NCBI GenBank assembly: GCA_965644295.1
Contig: CBFFRP010000383.1
Coordinates: 1 to 6,081, forward strand
Direction: 5' to 3'
Source: Paraphysomonas bandaiensis
Taxonomy: Eukaryota; Protista; Chrysophyceae
Length of the DNA stretch: 6,081 bases
In this document: one piece after another, positions 6,012-6,081 of the stretch
Numbering within the stretch: the first letter of the stretch is position 1
How the letters are laid out: every line of letters starts with the position of its first letter
Notes under the pieces: generated by a model
Told to the model about the DNA's origin: nothing
The model's database searches: none
What the model saw: only the letters and a program-made list of their open reading frames with translations
Position numbers and translations under genes: made by a program

Positions 6012-6053
6012 CTAGATATGATGTACAGCAGTATACCACGGTATACTCTCTAC
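6012..6053 (-). other. Possible 42-nt GT-AG intron (of the FYVE transcript 5' region or an upstream gene)
   Basis: Minus strand AAG|GTAGAG...CATATCTAG|CAA, similar in length to the 49-nt intron. Splicing gives an open frame PASVLKDTSNHLTQQFADGINCLEFICSLYTPAM... with no recognisable motif. Confidence 0.35.
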
Positions 6054-6081
6054 CTTGTATCTTTCAAAACAGAGGCGGGAT

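Overview
This is AT-rich eukaryotic DNA: a cluster of nested transposons beside one host gene. Left to right: (1) a stop-free Ty3/Gypsy RNase H fragment on the minus strand (330->1), missed by the ORF track and cut off just upstream of its TDAS motif where a TG-starting, possibly LTR sequence begins; (2) a repeat- and hairpin-rich leader followed by a 347-aa Gag-like ORF on the plus strand, with no pol or second LTR after it; (3) a roughly 340-nt GC-richer island (3161-3497) with dense base-pairing potential and a 27-bp tandem repeat; (4) a possible 312-bp inverted-repeat element; (5) a well-supported 629-bp non-autonomous hAT-type MITE with perfect 23-bp TIRs and an 8-bp TSD; (6) a spliced FYVE-domain gene on the minus strand with a 49-nt intron. 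The structured island is the best candidate for something undescribed, but its function cannot be established from sequence alone. All pairings and alignments were read by eye; no searches or folding were run.
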